Assembly: GCA_001938485.1 (NCBI GenBank)
Contig: MQRK01245240.1
Span: forward strand, 1-64,000
Direction of reading: 5' to 3'
Length of the DNA stretch: 64,000 nt
Source: Girardia tigrina
Lineage: Eukaryota
The notes under the pieces are model-generated. The model made no database searches and was not told the DNA's origin. It worked only from the letters and a program-made list of their open reading frames with translations. Positions 51,731-64,000 of this stretch are shown here, in pieces. The position numbers were made by a program, and so were the translations under genes. The first letter of the stretch is position 1. Every line of letters begins with the position of its first letter.

Positions 51731-52755
51731 AATCCATTTCTCAAAAATATGAGGAAATTAAAAAAAGACAAAGCACATCTGGTAAAATTATTCGGATTAT
51801 TTTAAGTATTTATATCATCATTTTATGTCCCTTTAGATGCAAAAGATGTGGCCGAGCATGAAAAGAATAGAAATGCATCAACCACGTCTGGTTAATTAAA
51901 ATTATTTATTATTTATTTATATCTTTATATTATTTTTTTATTAAAATATTATTATATTAAATATAACAAAAATATATTTTTACTAAAGATAAAGTAAATT
52001 TTTATTTACCTTTTAACTTATTTGTATTCAGATAATGTTGAGGATGGAGAAATCGAAGACGACTGGTCTCAAGTAGAAAAGATCTTCTATAAGTATAATG
52101 ATTTTCTATATGTTAATAAAAAATCTAATTTTAAAAAGGTTATCAAATATTATACATAAGAATGAAGATATTGTTGAAGAATTCGAGAAGATAAAAGCGG
52201 ACCATGGAGAGGACGTATATCGCCAAGCAATACTGTATATTCCAGTCAATAAACAGGATACACCAAGAGTAACAGACCCCATATTGTTCCAGTTAGCCAT
52301 AAAAGTTGAGCAATATGAAACAGCACTTGATACATTATTGTCAGACAGATTGTTGTTATTAAATCAGAAAAATCAGTATAAAATATCAATATTTAATGCA
52401 TTATTATTCAAAGGTTTGGATGTGTTATTAAAGTTCCTATCCTACGTACAAAAGAAGAACATTACTTGCGACATCTTTTACATTATATCAAGATCTGAGA
52501 ACAGTAATAGAGTGGAAAACACAAATTCGGGTTTTTTATTTATTTTATATCTTATATTTTATCTCAATGTAAGATTTGTTCCTAGATGATGAATTTTCTT
52601 CGGATTCCGGGAACGAAGATTCCAACCAAACAGAAAGTAATAAGTCACAGAATTTATATAACTTTTTTTCAAATAAAAATTTCAAATTTTTAATAAAAAG
52701 TTTACGGATTTATATATTTAAGTTGAAAATATGTGACAAATTCAAACATTATTAA
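51731..52755 (+). CDS. Spliced gene of unknown function, 5' end not found (exons 51731-51781, 51837-51890, 52032-52092, 52139-52530, 52586-)
   Basis: Four GT-AG introns (55, 141, 46, 55 nt) keep one open frame: SISQKYEEIKKRQSTSDAKDVAEHE..DWSQVEKIFYKLSNIIHK..NSDDEFSSDSG. End of last exon uncertain. Confidence 0.7.
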
Positions 52756-53259
52756 CTGGTCTCAGAAAGACCTCAAATGTTGATAGCGTGCCTCTTGGTC
52801 CTGGGGTGATTTAACTAAATCTCACCCAATCTTCCTGTCTCCCTCAAACTCCCTTCTCAGGTTCTCTCCTTGGACCTTGAGTAATTTTCCAAGATCTTGA
52901 ACTAACACTTGTGATTTTACGTTCTTTTTCTGTCTTTTCTAAAGTTTAGAATCTAAACATTTGTTTACAAACCTTCCAATCAAATTTGTTTGACTCGAAG
53001 CAATTCTTAAGTTATTCACATTTACATTACTAACATTCGATTATGAACTTTTTGATGTCGGGATTTAATGTTGATGAATGTGAGACAGTTTGCAGTCACC
53101 AAATTATGATCAGTTATATCAAATTCAAATGATGAATGGTGTACTTGAAAGTCCCTTGAAATGAGTATTCACTGATAAATGAATTTAAATTGATCATAAA
53201 ATGTCATAATTGAAGAAAACATTATTCTACCCCTTAATCACCGCCCATCTCTTTTGAAT

Positions 53260-53720
53260 GGTATTGAATATTCTACAAGAAAAATATTCTACAAAGAAGA
53301 GAATTCAACAACATGGTCGAAAATAGAGTAAGATTAATATTGCAGAACATAGAAAAAATGTAAATTAGATGTTAATATTGATATTTTCTAAATTGTGTAC
53401 GCATTTTGATAGTTTTTGGAGTGTCATGTGAAGCATTGTTAATTAGGTCTCGTCGCCCTAAAATCAATGTTCAATCGACAGTCTCAACCAGCTTATGGAG
53501 AATTTTTGATTAGCATGATTTCATGCAATCGATTACATAATCGTCATTTTTGTATTTATATACAGGTGAATTGATTATAATCAATTCACCTGTATATAAA
53601 TACAAAAATAATAATTAATAAAATAATAATTAATAATTATTAATTAGTGACCTGAAGATGACGGTAGATCCGTCGAAATATATTGTCTATAAATATATAT
53701 TTTTAATGGACGAATTTTGT
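53260..53720 (+). mobile_element. Penelope-like 3' end and pseudo-LTR
   Basis: RIQQH..IAEH GIY-YIG C-terminal pattern; 64-bp palindrome; hammerhead motif. Confidence 0.7.
53649..53687 (+). ncRNA. Minimal type-I hammerhead ribozyme
   Basis: GAC-CTGAAGA-T-GACGG(TAGAT)CCGTC-GAAA-TATA-TT-GTC. Confidence 0.75.
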
Positions 53721-54862
53721 TTTTGATAGTAATTTGTTGAATATTTTTTTATAATTTTAATGTAATCATTTTACGATGACTTTAATTAAAATTATTTAAT
53801 TATATAATGAATATATGAAAAATAAATGTATTTGTTTTAATATTCCGTTTGTATCAGCAAATAAATTAAAATTTGTTGTTACATTATTATTGTTTATTGA
53901 AAAAAAGCTTTATAAAGAAGAGTCTTCCGTTTTTTATAAGCAGGTCGAAATGAGCAAAGTAATTTATATATCGGAAAGAACTTTAAAGTAAAATCGGAAT
54001 AAAAGTTGGTGAAAGATAAAGGAATATAGTTGATATTCTTAAGCCCATCCCATCATATATAAAAGAGAATATTGGATCGACTTGGATGAATATTAGGAAT
54101 CAAGATGATAATATTTAAAGTCTCTTTTTACTTATTTAATTACAAACAAAACATTATCCAGTTACAATGTCAAGAATAATGATAACGAAGTTAGAAAAAC
54201 GATTTTTAATAAATATTCTTTGATATGTAAATAAATTATTCATAAATAAATTATTGTTAATAAATTTATAATTTTTTTTAACTTCGTATATGAAGATTTG
54301 AAAGTACCTCTTTCCGAATATAGTCCAAGTAAATATATTTTATTGAAATCATTATTATTTTACTTAATATTATTATTATTGGACTGACTGACTTGCACTG
54401 ACCAGGGAAGAGGAGTCCTGATTTTGTGGGCCCATTTTCTATTTATTTTGTTTATTGCCTTTTTATTATTATTTTTTTTATTCGGCACGTCATTAGATTT
54501 TTTAAAATTAATCAGACAAAAACAAAAAAGATGCGTTTTAAATCACAAAATCGTAATAATCTTTTCAACATCTTCCAAATCGTTAAACTATCAATAAATA
54601 TATTCATGATTATCAAATTATTCGAGAAGCAAAATTGTTTTTTATTATCACAACAAAACTAATTCATAAAAGATTCAGCTCGACGGCAAAATCACTTAAA
54701 ATTGTTCAATTAATGAGATCAAGCAAATCGACTCGATTCCATTTGAATTTTAGTACGCATTGACTCGGTACACACTTATCTAATGAGCGACTGGGTCAAT
54801 CCTCAAATCCAGAAAAAGAATCATTTGTCTGTTTTTTTAATTTAATTCAACTACAATAACTG

Positions 54863-55297
54863 TGTGAGGTATAATTTGGAATTTTGTAAGTTTGTTGTTT
54901 GTATGCTGTTTTGATTTGTGACTCTCCTACTCAGATGGGATTGATATGTTTATTGATTGATTATTTGAATCTAATGATTTTAATCTTAAGTACTAATTAA
55001 TTAAAGTTTTATAATTATGAATTTTAATAATATTTTTAGTAAACGATTTTAACTTATTAAATTTAATATATTTTAAAAATTAATTTTTATTTAAAAAATT
55101 ACATAATGTCTTTTAATCCAATAAATTTATGAGAAATTAAAATTTAATATTAAAATTTCCCATTCATTGTTTTTTTTAGATTTGAATATATAAACAAAAA
55201 CTATATCAATCAAAAAAGATGCTCTCTGAAAATTGTTATGAAGAATCTATTTGTGTTGTCAATAAATGTTTCCATTCAAATTGTGATGTTATTAATA
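54863..55297 (+). mobile_element. Solo LTR, family 1
   Basis: TGTGAGG...GTTATTAATA, TSD AACTG. Confidence 0.88.
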
Positions 55298-55714
55298 AAC
55301 TGTAATAAGGATCTTCTTAATTATTTTAATTAATTATTTTTTAAAATTTAATTATTTAATTTTAATATGAAAGAGCATATCATCTACTTATAGGCGATAT
55401 GATGAAAGTCTTAATAAATTAACAAAATTATTATTGATAACAGAGGGGGTGCAGGACTAACGTGATTGCAGCGCTTCTGGGTTGAAGGGTTGACTAAGGG
55501 TCGAAGGGACAAATAAAAAATCATCTCACCTTGTTTTTCGGGGATCTGAGACCCAACCTATGTGCCCTTACTCAAATGTTGTCCATTAATGACCATTTCT
55601 CTAACCAAATAAAACGAAATTTTCGGTAGAGACTCAATGAAACCATCGGTATTACATCTCTGATCCATCCAGGTAATCAAATTCGAGTGCCGATTGTAGC
55701 CTGACTCGTCCTTG

Positions 55715-56245
55715 TTGTCATTCCAAAACAAAACACAGTGCATTTGCCCTGATATTCTAATATGTCTCACAATATTCAAAAAATGAGAATCTCCAACAAC
55801 GATTCGGTATTGGCGCGAGAAGAGACCATGAAAATAAGTGAATTGAACAACCAAATTGGAGAAATGAACGGCCAAATATTAAAGCATTTGTTAAAATGGC
55901 CAATCGAATGCATGAGACCCACGCAAATAAAATCACACAAACAAAACAACAATTTGCCGAATAAATGTACGAAAACAACATTCGTTAGCATTAAATAGGC
56001 GATGAGCGGTGTGTAGCGATAGGTGTTCTTGCGATACGGGGACAGTTTCGCGTTGATATATCTGCCTGCTGACGTGAACACACGATAATCGATATCGGTA
56101 TATTTCACTAGAAAATTATTGTCATATCACATACTATACAAAACAAGAACTTTTCGTAACATCAACGCACTGATTACGATTTTCCATTGGTTATTCAGGG
56201 AGAAAATAGATGACAAAAATAAAGTGCAATCAAACTCGAACACTT
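55715..56245 (-). pseudogene. PIGM: GPI mannosyltransferase I (PIG-M) N-terminal fragment
   Basis: KYTDIDYRVF..SPY..TYRYTPL..FGKLLF..WLFN..SSRANTES; three in-frame TGA; homology ends after FGMT; no introns seen. Confidence 0.92.
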
Positions 56246-56449
56246 GATTTTGAATTTTTTAGTTTGAAAAACGATTATTTAAACAAAACTTTAATATTAC
56301 GTATTTTATTTATTACTTTTTTACAATTATTTAAATTTATATTTGTCGCGAAACATCCTCCCCCCTTCTGATCATTCATGATCAGACCAATCAGTCATAC
56401 TCAATTACCAAAGACTCCATAATTTAAACAAACAAACATACAACATATA

Positions 56450-57180
56450 TTAAAATGGATTTTCCAAATCAGTAGTTGATAAGCTAACGAAATAAATTAT
56501 TGATTAATTAATTGAAAAAAAGTAATAGTAATATACTTAAAGATGTTCAAGATCAAGATCAATCTTGTAACACTGATAAAAATAGTTTAGAACTTGGATA
56601 TATTATAATCGTACCTTATTTAGAAGGTTTTAAACATTTAAAAATTCTATTTTAAAAGCAGTAGATAATACAATAAATTTTAAAATAATCTCTCGTACCC
56701 AAAAATTGAAATTATGTTTAGTAATAAATCTTCAGCACCGTTAAAATTGTGTTCCGATCTCATTTATCAAAGTACATGTAATTGATGTAATGTCACATTT
56801 CTGTAAGAGAATCCAGGAACACAGTCAAATGGAAATGGAAGTATTATTGCTGGACATAGTAAACATTGCAAATGGGAGATAAACATCCATAAATTTAAAA
56901 TTCTGTGCACTCAATTTAAGAATTACTGGGAGAGTGACATGTGTAGCGTTACATTTCAGATCTTTGGATCCTAAAATTAACGTTCAAAATACACTCTAGA
57001 CAACTTTGATTGAGGGTTTTTAAATGATTTGATTGATGTAATTATTACATAATTATTACGACAGTATATTAGTCCATTTCTTTTTAAACAATTAGTTGTT
57101 CTCACGATTACGATTAATCCGTCGAAATTAATAATCACTTTGAATTGGCTTTCGACTTTTAATTTTAACGAATTGTCATT
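56450..57180 (+). mobile_element. Penelope-like remnant
   Basis: IVPYLEG, SDLIYQSTCN*CN, IAGH; degenerate CCGTCGAAA motif. Confidence 0.7.
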
Positions 57181-57197
57181 GTTTTTCAAATTCCTTT

Positions 57198-57246
<49 letters not shown>

Positions 57247-57250
<4 letters not shown>

Positions 57251-57480
57251 TGGCCTCTATTTAAAAACTTTTGAATTATTTACCTTCCAACCCCATTTCT
57301 TGTTTCAATCAGGAAAATAATGATCTATGTAAAATTTTATCTCAATCGGACAACTGTAAGTTGACCGTCATATTCCATGAAGTTTCGAAATTTTCAGACA
57401 AAAAGATATAAAATATCGACCACCTTATGCTACATGCTTTTTAATTGCTATTAATAACTGAATATGTTGTGGTCCTAATG
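57247..57480. mobile_element. hATm-like terminus in a (CA)n(TA)n tract
   Basis: TAGGTGG start after the microsatellite; layout resembles the 37856 end. Confidence 0.4.
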
Positions 57481-57485
57481 AATGT

Positions 57486-58197
57486 TGTTTGTTTCGTGAA
57501 TGTATTCTAAGGAAAATTCAGAAAAAGACATTTTTTGAAACTTTTCTTTATAACAACAATAAAAATATTAACAAACAACTTTTTTCCTTAGTAAATTTCT
57601 GAGGAACTATTTTTTAATTTTCTTTTTCACAAAGCAATAATATCAAAATAATTGTAAATATAAATAAATGTAAATTTATTGTATTTATTTTGTAAAACTG
57701 TTTTTAAATTTAAAAATATTTCAATTATAAAAATAAACTACTTTATACATTAATTTTGTATTGAACTTTATATATTTTTTTGAATTTCGTATTTTCTTTT
57801 GAATAAACATTTTATTAAACTTTGTTAAAATTTAATATTTATTATGATATGTAGTTTTTTTTTCGCATTTTATTTACTTTTTAAAATTTATGAAATTCTG
57901 TTTAACTATTTGTAATGTCTGAAATTTAATTCATCTTCGAATCTATTTTATTTACAAAGTTTATTATTTTAAATTTAATTCGTTCTTTAAATCTATTTAA
58001 TTATGAATTTCTTTACTTTAAATTTTATCTCAAACGTTTATTTTTAAATATTATAAATATAGTAACTTTATACGATATTTTATCGTCTTCACATATTTTA
58101 CAGTTTATTTCTATTTTTTACTTTTATAAATTAATATTAATTTAAAATGTTTTTTATATTTAATTCAAAAATTTAATGGTCATCCTAAATCCTCACA
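57486..58197 (-). mobile_element. Solo LTR, family 3
   Basis: TGTGAGGATTT...CAAACA, TSD AATGT. A ~160-bp piece recurs inverted at ~60318-60481. Confidence 0.8.
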
Positions 58198-58199
58198 AA

Positions 58200-60180
58200 T
58201 GTTGTTCTCAATACTGCTGTTCTTACATTTTGTGTTTGAAAACGGTTTTTTAATGTTCGTGTAAAAGGATTTTTATGTTGTCTTTTTTTAGATTTATTAA
58301 ACGGCATCAAGTTTGCCTTGGAGTTTATCACAAAGGTTAAAAAAAAGATTTTCATGTCAATCTTGTTGGCTACTTTTCAAATCAAATAGTCGGAGCCCAA
58401 TTCACCTTCATGAAAGCCTACATACAATTACCGGTATCCGGACTGTTCATCCCCGGACTGTTCATCCCGGACTGTTCATCCCCGGACGTTTCATCTAAGC
58501 GGACGGTTCATCCCCGGACTGTTCATCCCCGGACGTTTCATCTAAGCGGACGGTTCATCCCCGGACTATTCATCCAAACAATAATAGAAAATGGAAATAA
58601 TTTTTTTTAAATAATTGGATGTTAAATTATTAAAATAAAACATGTAAAAATGAATAAAATGTATCTGAAACGCAAAGATATAAATTTATTTTAGATATCT
58701 AGAACTACTAGTTCTTTAGTTATTTAAAAAGTGTTAATTGTGGGATAAATGTGCAATTGCTTTCAGATACATAAGGACATCCGCTCTTCNNNNNNNNNNN
58801 NNNNNNNNNNNNNNNNNNNCCACTAAGTCTCGATATTTCTTGACACCTATTTCCTGGATTCCTGTAGCCCCTTGCATGAATGCTGCCTTATGTTTTTGAC
58901 AATCCTTCTCCAACCCTTCGATGAGCAACCACATTGAAGGATGACTGCATATGAATAAGGATTGAATTCCATGATGCCACACTTCGACGATGTTTGTGGT
59001 CCGTGCGATTCCGTCACCGGCAGAGTCGTATTGATTCCACATAGGGATTGGAAACGTCGCTGAGCCAAAATTGTATCCTCTGCCTCAAAGTCTTCTACCT
59101 CTAATATAGGTGTGTTCAAAGTAAGATAGTAGCTCATTCATTTTATCATGTTCTGGCATCTGTTCAGTTAGCAAGTCGAATGACTCAGCAACAACATCAA
59201 CCGGTACATGAGCTAGTGCTGATAAACATCGAACACATCCACGCAGTTTGTCGTCATATTCGTTATCAGTCTTCATTCCCAGTTCGTTGACCTTGCGTAT
59301 AACACTCTGGCTGAGATGAAAATAGCAACCTGTTACCGATGCTTCTGGATATCCATGATTGAATGCTCCCATAGCCGCTTGTTNNNNNNNNNNNNNNNNN
59401 NNNNNNNNNNNNNNNNNNNNNNNNNNNNNNNNNNNNNNNNNNNNNNNNNNNNNNNNNNNNNNNNNNNNNNNNNNNNNNNNNNNNNNNNNNNNNNNNNNNN
59501 NNNNNNNNNNNNNNNNNNNNNNNNNNNNNNNNNNNNNNNNNNNNNNNNNNNNNNNNNNNNNNNNNNNNNNNNNNNNNNNNNNNNACCATCCAGAAGTGTC
59601 CTATCGCCCAAGATGAGAAGTCGATCTGCGCCTGGGCCAGAATCGAATAATAGTAGATTGATGAATCTCCATGGAAATTCAAAGCTGAGATCAGTTGGTA
59701 GCAGTCGCAAGGTCTGACGGTTATCATTTTTTGACAAAGCTGCTTGACAATGACGACGGAGAACCCGGTGTAGAGAAGTTTTCTTCGGCAAGGCCATCAA
59801 CACATGTGGGGCCAGATCAGCCATAACCGCACCACACGACGAACTTGGTGTTTTTTCAAATTTTCAAACTCACGCTTCACTGATGCCAAGTCGCTTTGTC
59901 TGATTAGTCATATAGGCCAGGCTAAATTATGATTATATTATTAAGTTTAAGTTAATCAATTGGAAGAATAGTCCGGGATGAACAGTCCGGGGATGAACCG
60001 TCCGCTTAGATGAAACGTCCGGGGATGAACAGTCCGGGATGAACAGTCCGGGGATGAACAGTCCTAGAACCCAATTACCACTTAGACAAATCGAGATCAG
60101 GTACAAACTTGAAAAAAAGACAACATCATTCCTAACACAAAACACGCGGAAGTACAGTATCACACAAATTATCCCTCACA
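58200..60180 (-). mobile_element. LTR (TGTGAGG...GAGAACAACA) split by the MULE
   Basis: About 335 bp once the MULE is removed; 3' tip resembles GAGATACAACA of elements A and B. Confidence 0.5.
58433..60071 (-). mobile_element. Mutator/MULE transposon, degenerate
   Basis: ~140-bp TIRs built from GGACTGTTCATCCCC repeats, TSD CAATTACC; GCYFHLSQ, YFEHTYI, RTTNIVEVWH. Confidence 0.93.
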
Positions 60181-60480
60181 TCCGCTCGAGTTAAATGACT
60201 TTAGCCATTCTACATTTCTTATTAATATTTTACCATTGTCGAGTTTCAATTCGTAACTTCTTTCATGTATCCGTCTTATTATCATTGCATGGCCATTATA
60301 TCGGTTATCTTTTCCATTAAATTTTAAAAAGTAAATAAAATGCGAAAAAACTACATATCTTAATAAATATTAAATTTTAACAAAGTTTAATAAAATATTT
60401 ATTCAAAAGAAAATACGAAATTCAAAAAAATATATAAAGTTCAATACAAAATTAATGTATAAAGTAGTTTATTTTTATAA

Positions 60481-60809
60481 TGTCATCCTGGTCTCTGTCA
60501 TCAGAAGCAATTACAGCACCATATCATGATTTCCTATTCATACACCAGCTGATTAAATATAGAGACATTGATCCAAAAACCAGTAAGAAATTTTCCAACA
60601 ACTTGCAGTACTTGGTTCCAAAAATTGTTGCTCTTGCTTCATTTAAGGTCAATGTTCCACCACCATTTAAGGCAAATATTGCTCAGGTTTTGCTGAAACA
60701 AGATGAAAAATTGGAGGAAGAAAAAGATCAAGTCAAGCTATATAATCTTCCTAGAAAAGCCTTTTCTTCTTTTCTTAACATTGAATTGAAAAAATATTTT
60801 TATGAATAG
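60481..60809 (+). mobile_element. hATm-like transposase fragment
   Basis: APYHDFLF..KKFSNNLQYL..VALASF, similar to the 38600-38830 region. Confidence 0.6.
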
Positions 60810-61299
60810 AAATTTTTGTGTGTAAATCTTTATAAGTAATGTGTATACGGTTTTTATAGTAAAACGTTAGATATTTTATAATCAAAAGTTGTACATTTCG
60901 TAATGAAAAGTTTTATATTTCAGAATAACACTGTCAATAGTGTTGTAATCAATATTTATTTTAATAACTTAATAATAATTTATATATATAATTATAATTT
61001 ACAGGCGAAACTTTTCTCATGAAGAACGGGATATTACATTGCAGGTAGATCTTACTTTAGTTTTCTATTTATGAAGTATTATTAGACAAAATTTAAAAAA
61101 CTCTTCAAAAGAAACTTTTTCCAGTCTCATTCAGAAATTAAAGTCCCTTAACCTCCTCGAACCGGTATTAAATGAAGAAATTGAGAAAGAAAATGTAAAA
61201 GATGTTTTTTTATTTTAAATATTCAAAAATGACGTTTAGAAAAATAACAGTATATAAAAAAGATTAATAAGCAGTACTTTACTGCATTTTATAAGAATT

Positions 61300-62700
61300 T
61301 ACTTTATAAATTGATATAGAACCAGTGGTTCTAATTTTGCTTACAAAATGTTTCTGCAGCTCTTCTCCCAGTTATAAGAATGCGGCGCTGAAATTTTTCA
61401 TGCAATTTAAAAGAACAAAATCTTTAGAATGTGTCATTCGCGAAGACCGAATAGAAACAGATTACAACAAAATTAAACAATAATTAATTGTAGAAGCCCA
61501 TCGTGTATAAAACATATACGGAGTTTACTGAGCCTTACAAAATATGAAGATTTCGGGAAACTTCAATTTTTTTCAATTAAAATCTAACTAGATAATTTTT
61601 TACAAATTAATAGAATATTGAAAATACAAAGTTAAATATTAGGTTACGTTAAATTAAAGACAAAAAAATATTTAAAAGAGGTTTCAATAACTTATTATAA
61701 TTTTTAAAAAGCACAAAATACAAGATTTTAAAAATAACTAAATTATCATTTAATTAAACTATATATTTATATTTACAATTTATTTTGATATTATTGTTTA
61801 GTGCAAGAAAAATGAAAAAGTGTTCCTCAGAAATTCACATAAACAAAACTTATTTGAATATTATGTAATATTGTTAGTATTATATAAAAATTTCAAAAAT
61901 GTCTTCATCTGAATTTTCAGCAGAACACAGCTACAAAACTATCACAAAATATTTCCTGAAATTCATTAAGGACTGCGTTAAATATCCTGAAGTTTTTGAA
62001 GACCCCTTTGAAACAGACAACAAAAAGAAACTGCTTTGGAGAGAAGAATGTAAAATTGCTTTTGATAACATAAACAAAATGAAGACAACAATATTAGCAT
62101 ACCCCGACTTTGAAGAACAGTTTATTCTAGATACAGATGGCAGTTTTAATACATTTGGTACAATACGTTCTCAAAAAAAATTGTTAAATAAAACGTTATT
62201 TATTATTGCATAGATTTGGATGCCAAATAAATCGTAAAAAATGTAAGCGATATTCTACCTCATTCTTCTACTTCATTTTAAGCATTTTCTGTATAGAAAC
62301 AAATTTTAACCAGGACTAATCATAAGGCCCTTACATTTATGCTTATGACTAAAATAACACAATAATGCCTTCATTTCATACGTAGTAGAATTTTAAATTA
62401 GCCAAAACATGGAAATGGAATACAGAAATGTTCATCAAGGAATCCTCCTGACCTCTGTAACCAATGCTAATCATTCATGAGGAAGCAAAGAGAAACAGGA
62501 TAAAAAATACTTGCTTTAAATAAAGAAACAGATGATTCTTAATAGGGGAAAACATTAAAGAAAATTTAGAGCATGATAGAAACTGGAAAGTAAAGAACAA
62601 CATACTTTTAACAATGAAAATGAAATATAAAATGAAATAAAAATTTCAAGCATCATAATAAATAATAAAAAAGAAATATTTAAAATTACAAAAACCCAAG
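61300..62700 (+). mobile_element. Gypsy pol remnant (RT thumb and RNase H)
   Basis: IRSLLSLT|KYFLKFIKD..LAYPDFEEQFILDTDGS. Confidence 0.8.
61543..61944 (+). mobile_element. Solo LTR, family 3
   Basis: TATGAAGATTTCGG...ACTATCA, TSD CAAAA; removal restores the pol frame. Confidence 0.82.
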
Positions 62701-64000
62701 AAAATATTAGTTAAATATTCATAAATTTTGGATGAGCAGACGTTTGCTGAAATGATATTCATACAGTTACCTCTTTAATAAGACCACAAGTCTTGTGATA
62801 ATCTTCTTCAATTAAAAAGGTTTATAATTAGTCTAATGATTAGTAATAAATTTTTTATTATTACCGATACATTTAAAAAACAACGAAAAAGTTCTTTTTA
62901 TAGATTAATAAACGACATTTTAAAATAAAAACTTTTATTGGTGCAATATAACTTCCTTAATTATCAAAATAATGCATCAATTCCAAACTTGAAATAAAAT
63001 TCAGATTCGTTGGTATCTAAATCATCTAGTTAATATTTTTTGGATAATCATCATCAGAATCGACCAATGAACCAGATTCCCGTCACTAAGTCAAATCGAA
63101 TTCCAATTGTTCATAAAACATTTTTATGGCTTAGTTAATTGCAATTTTTAGTTGAAAAAGTCGCAATATTTTTATATCAAAAGCAAAACAAAAAACAATC
63201 TTTAGAAACGTTTAATTTTTCCACGCACAGTGTTTTCACAACACAACAATCGACGTTACTCAGCAACGATTTAGATAAACAAAAAAACGTCAGAATTATC
63301 TAGATCTCAAAGAAAAGAATAAATCTTTTACATAACTTCTCACTATAAATATTAATATTACCTTTTTCTCCCTTTTGTAATAAAAATGTCTTATCATTTA
63401 ATTTGGAACAACTCTAATCACGTAAATAGCACATTTCTAATTTCCGAAATATATTATCAATCCAGAAGGAGAGAATAATTTGAGACAAATTTCAATTTAA
63501 ATTTGAAGGTCAATTGCAAATGATTCTTATTCAAATTATCGTATTTTTGTCAAAATTTATAAGTAAATAGAATCGTAAAATATAATTAGCGTTTAAGATA
63601 ATCTAATTTATAATATAATTATATTTTTATAAACTTAGTGATGTACGATAATATAGGCTGTGTCGTAAAAACGGCGTTTTGTCTGAATCATTGTGTAGCC
63701 TGATTTTCTCTAATATGGATTGTATGCAATCTATGCACTACAAATATTAAGGTTATAAATAAATGCGTGTAGTAGTGTTTAAGAAATTAATAATGTATTA
63801 TGTATTTAACGAAACATATATACAGTATATATTCATACGTTTATATATTTTAGTTTTTGTATGTTCTTGTGCAAGTTATATCCATATTTTTTGCGAAAAA
63901 TGGAGTGTTCTTCTGAGAAATTATATTTTCTTATTGAAACGCTTCGGCTAAATGGCATGGAAGGGACTGATACTAATTCAATAATGGAAAAGACATGGCC

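Noticed and set aside
5023-55304. Recurrent short Cys-rich ORF motif (C..NKC) at ~5100, ~8290, ~29130, 34225, ~48040 and ~55230 as a peptide family
   Set aside because: All lie at the 3' end of family-1 LTRs; NKC is the AATAAA-TGT poly(A) region. Frames are not conserved and similarity ends at the LTR boundary.
55760-56130. UGA read as Trp (in-frame TGA codons in PIG-M)
   Set aside because: The intact 767-aa gene uses TGG for Trp and ends in TGA; PIG-M is truncated, and dead transposons show the same TGG to TGA/TAG decay.
5265-59727. ORFs made largely of X residues
   Set aside because: Artefacts of N runs. Several N runs preserve frame and look like masked or low-quality bases, so they were not interpreted.
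40600-60065. CRISPR-like arrays in the 21-bp and 15-bp repeats
   Set aside because: No unique spacers or cas genes; they are subterminal repeats of TSD-bounded transposons in eukaryotic DNA.

Overview
Very AT-rich animal DNA with short GT-AG introns (mostly about 45-75 nt), possibly from a reduced parasitic invertebrate (inference only). The window is mostly nested, decayed transposons: Gypsy LTR elements, at least three solo-LTR families with 5-bp TSDs, three mariners, pogo/Tigger, hAT, a MULE, Penelope remnants with hammerhead ribozymes, a LINE, TTAA MITEs and a mini-Maverick. Intact-looking host genes are few: one intronless Ig-superfamily membrane protein, one spliced gene of unknown function, and two three-exon secreted knottin-like peptide genes missed by the ORF track. 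The peptide genes sit in an inverted segmental duplication and differ by 19 amino acids with no silent change in the mature exon. The main structural novelty is a set of LTR-like units (TG..CA/TA ends, 5-bp TSD, one with an empty site in the paralogous duplicon) that carry intronless host-gene fragments inside or fused to the LTR: USP9X, PIG-M, RRN3 plus HRD1, and unidentified ones. All identifiable cargos are in the LTR's sense. All alignments and gene identities are by eye or from memory; no searches were run.
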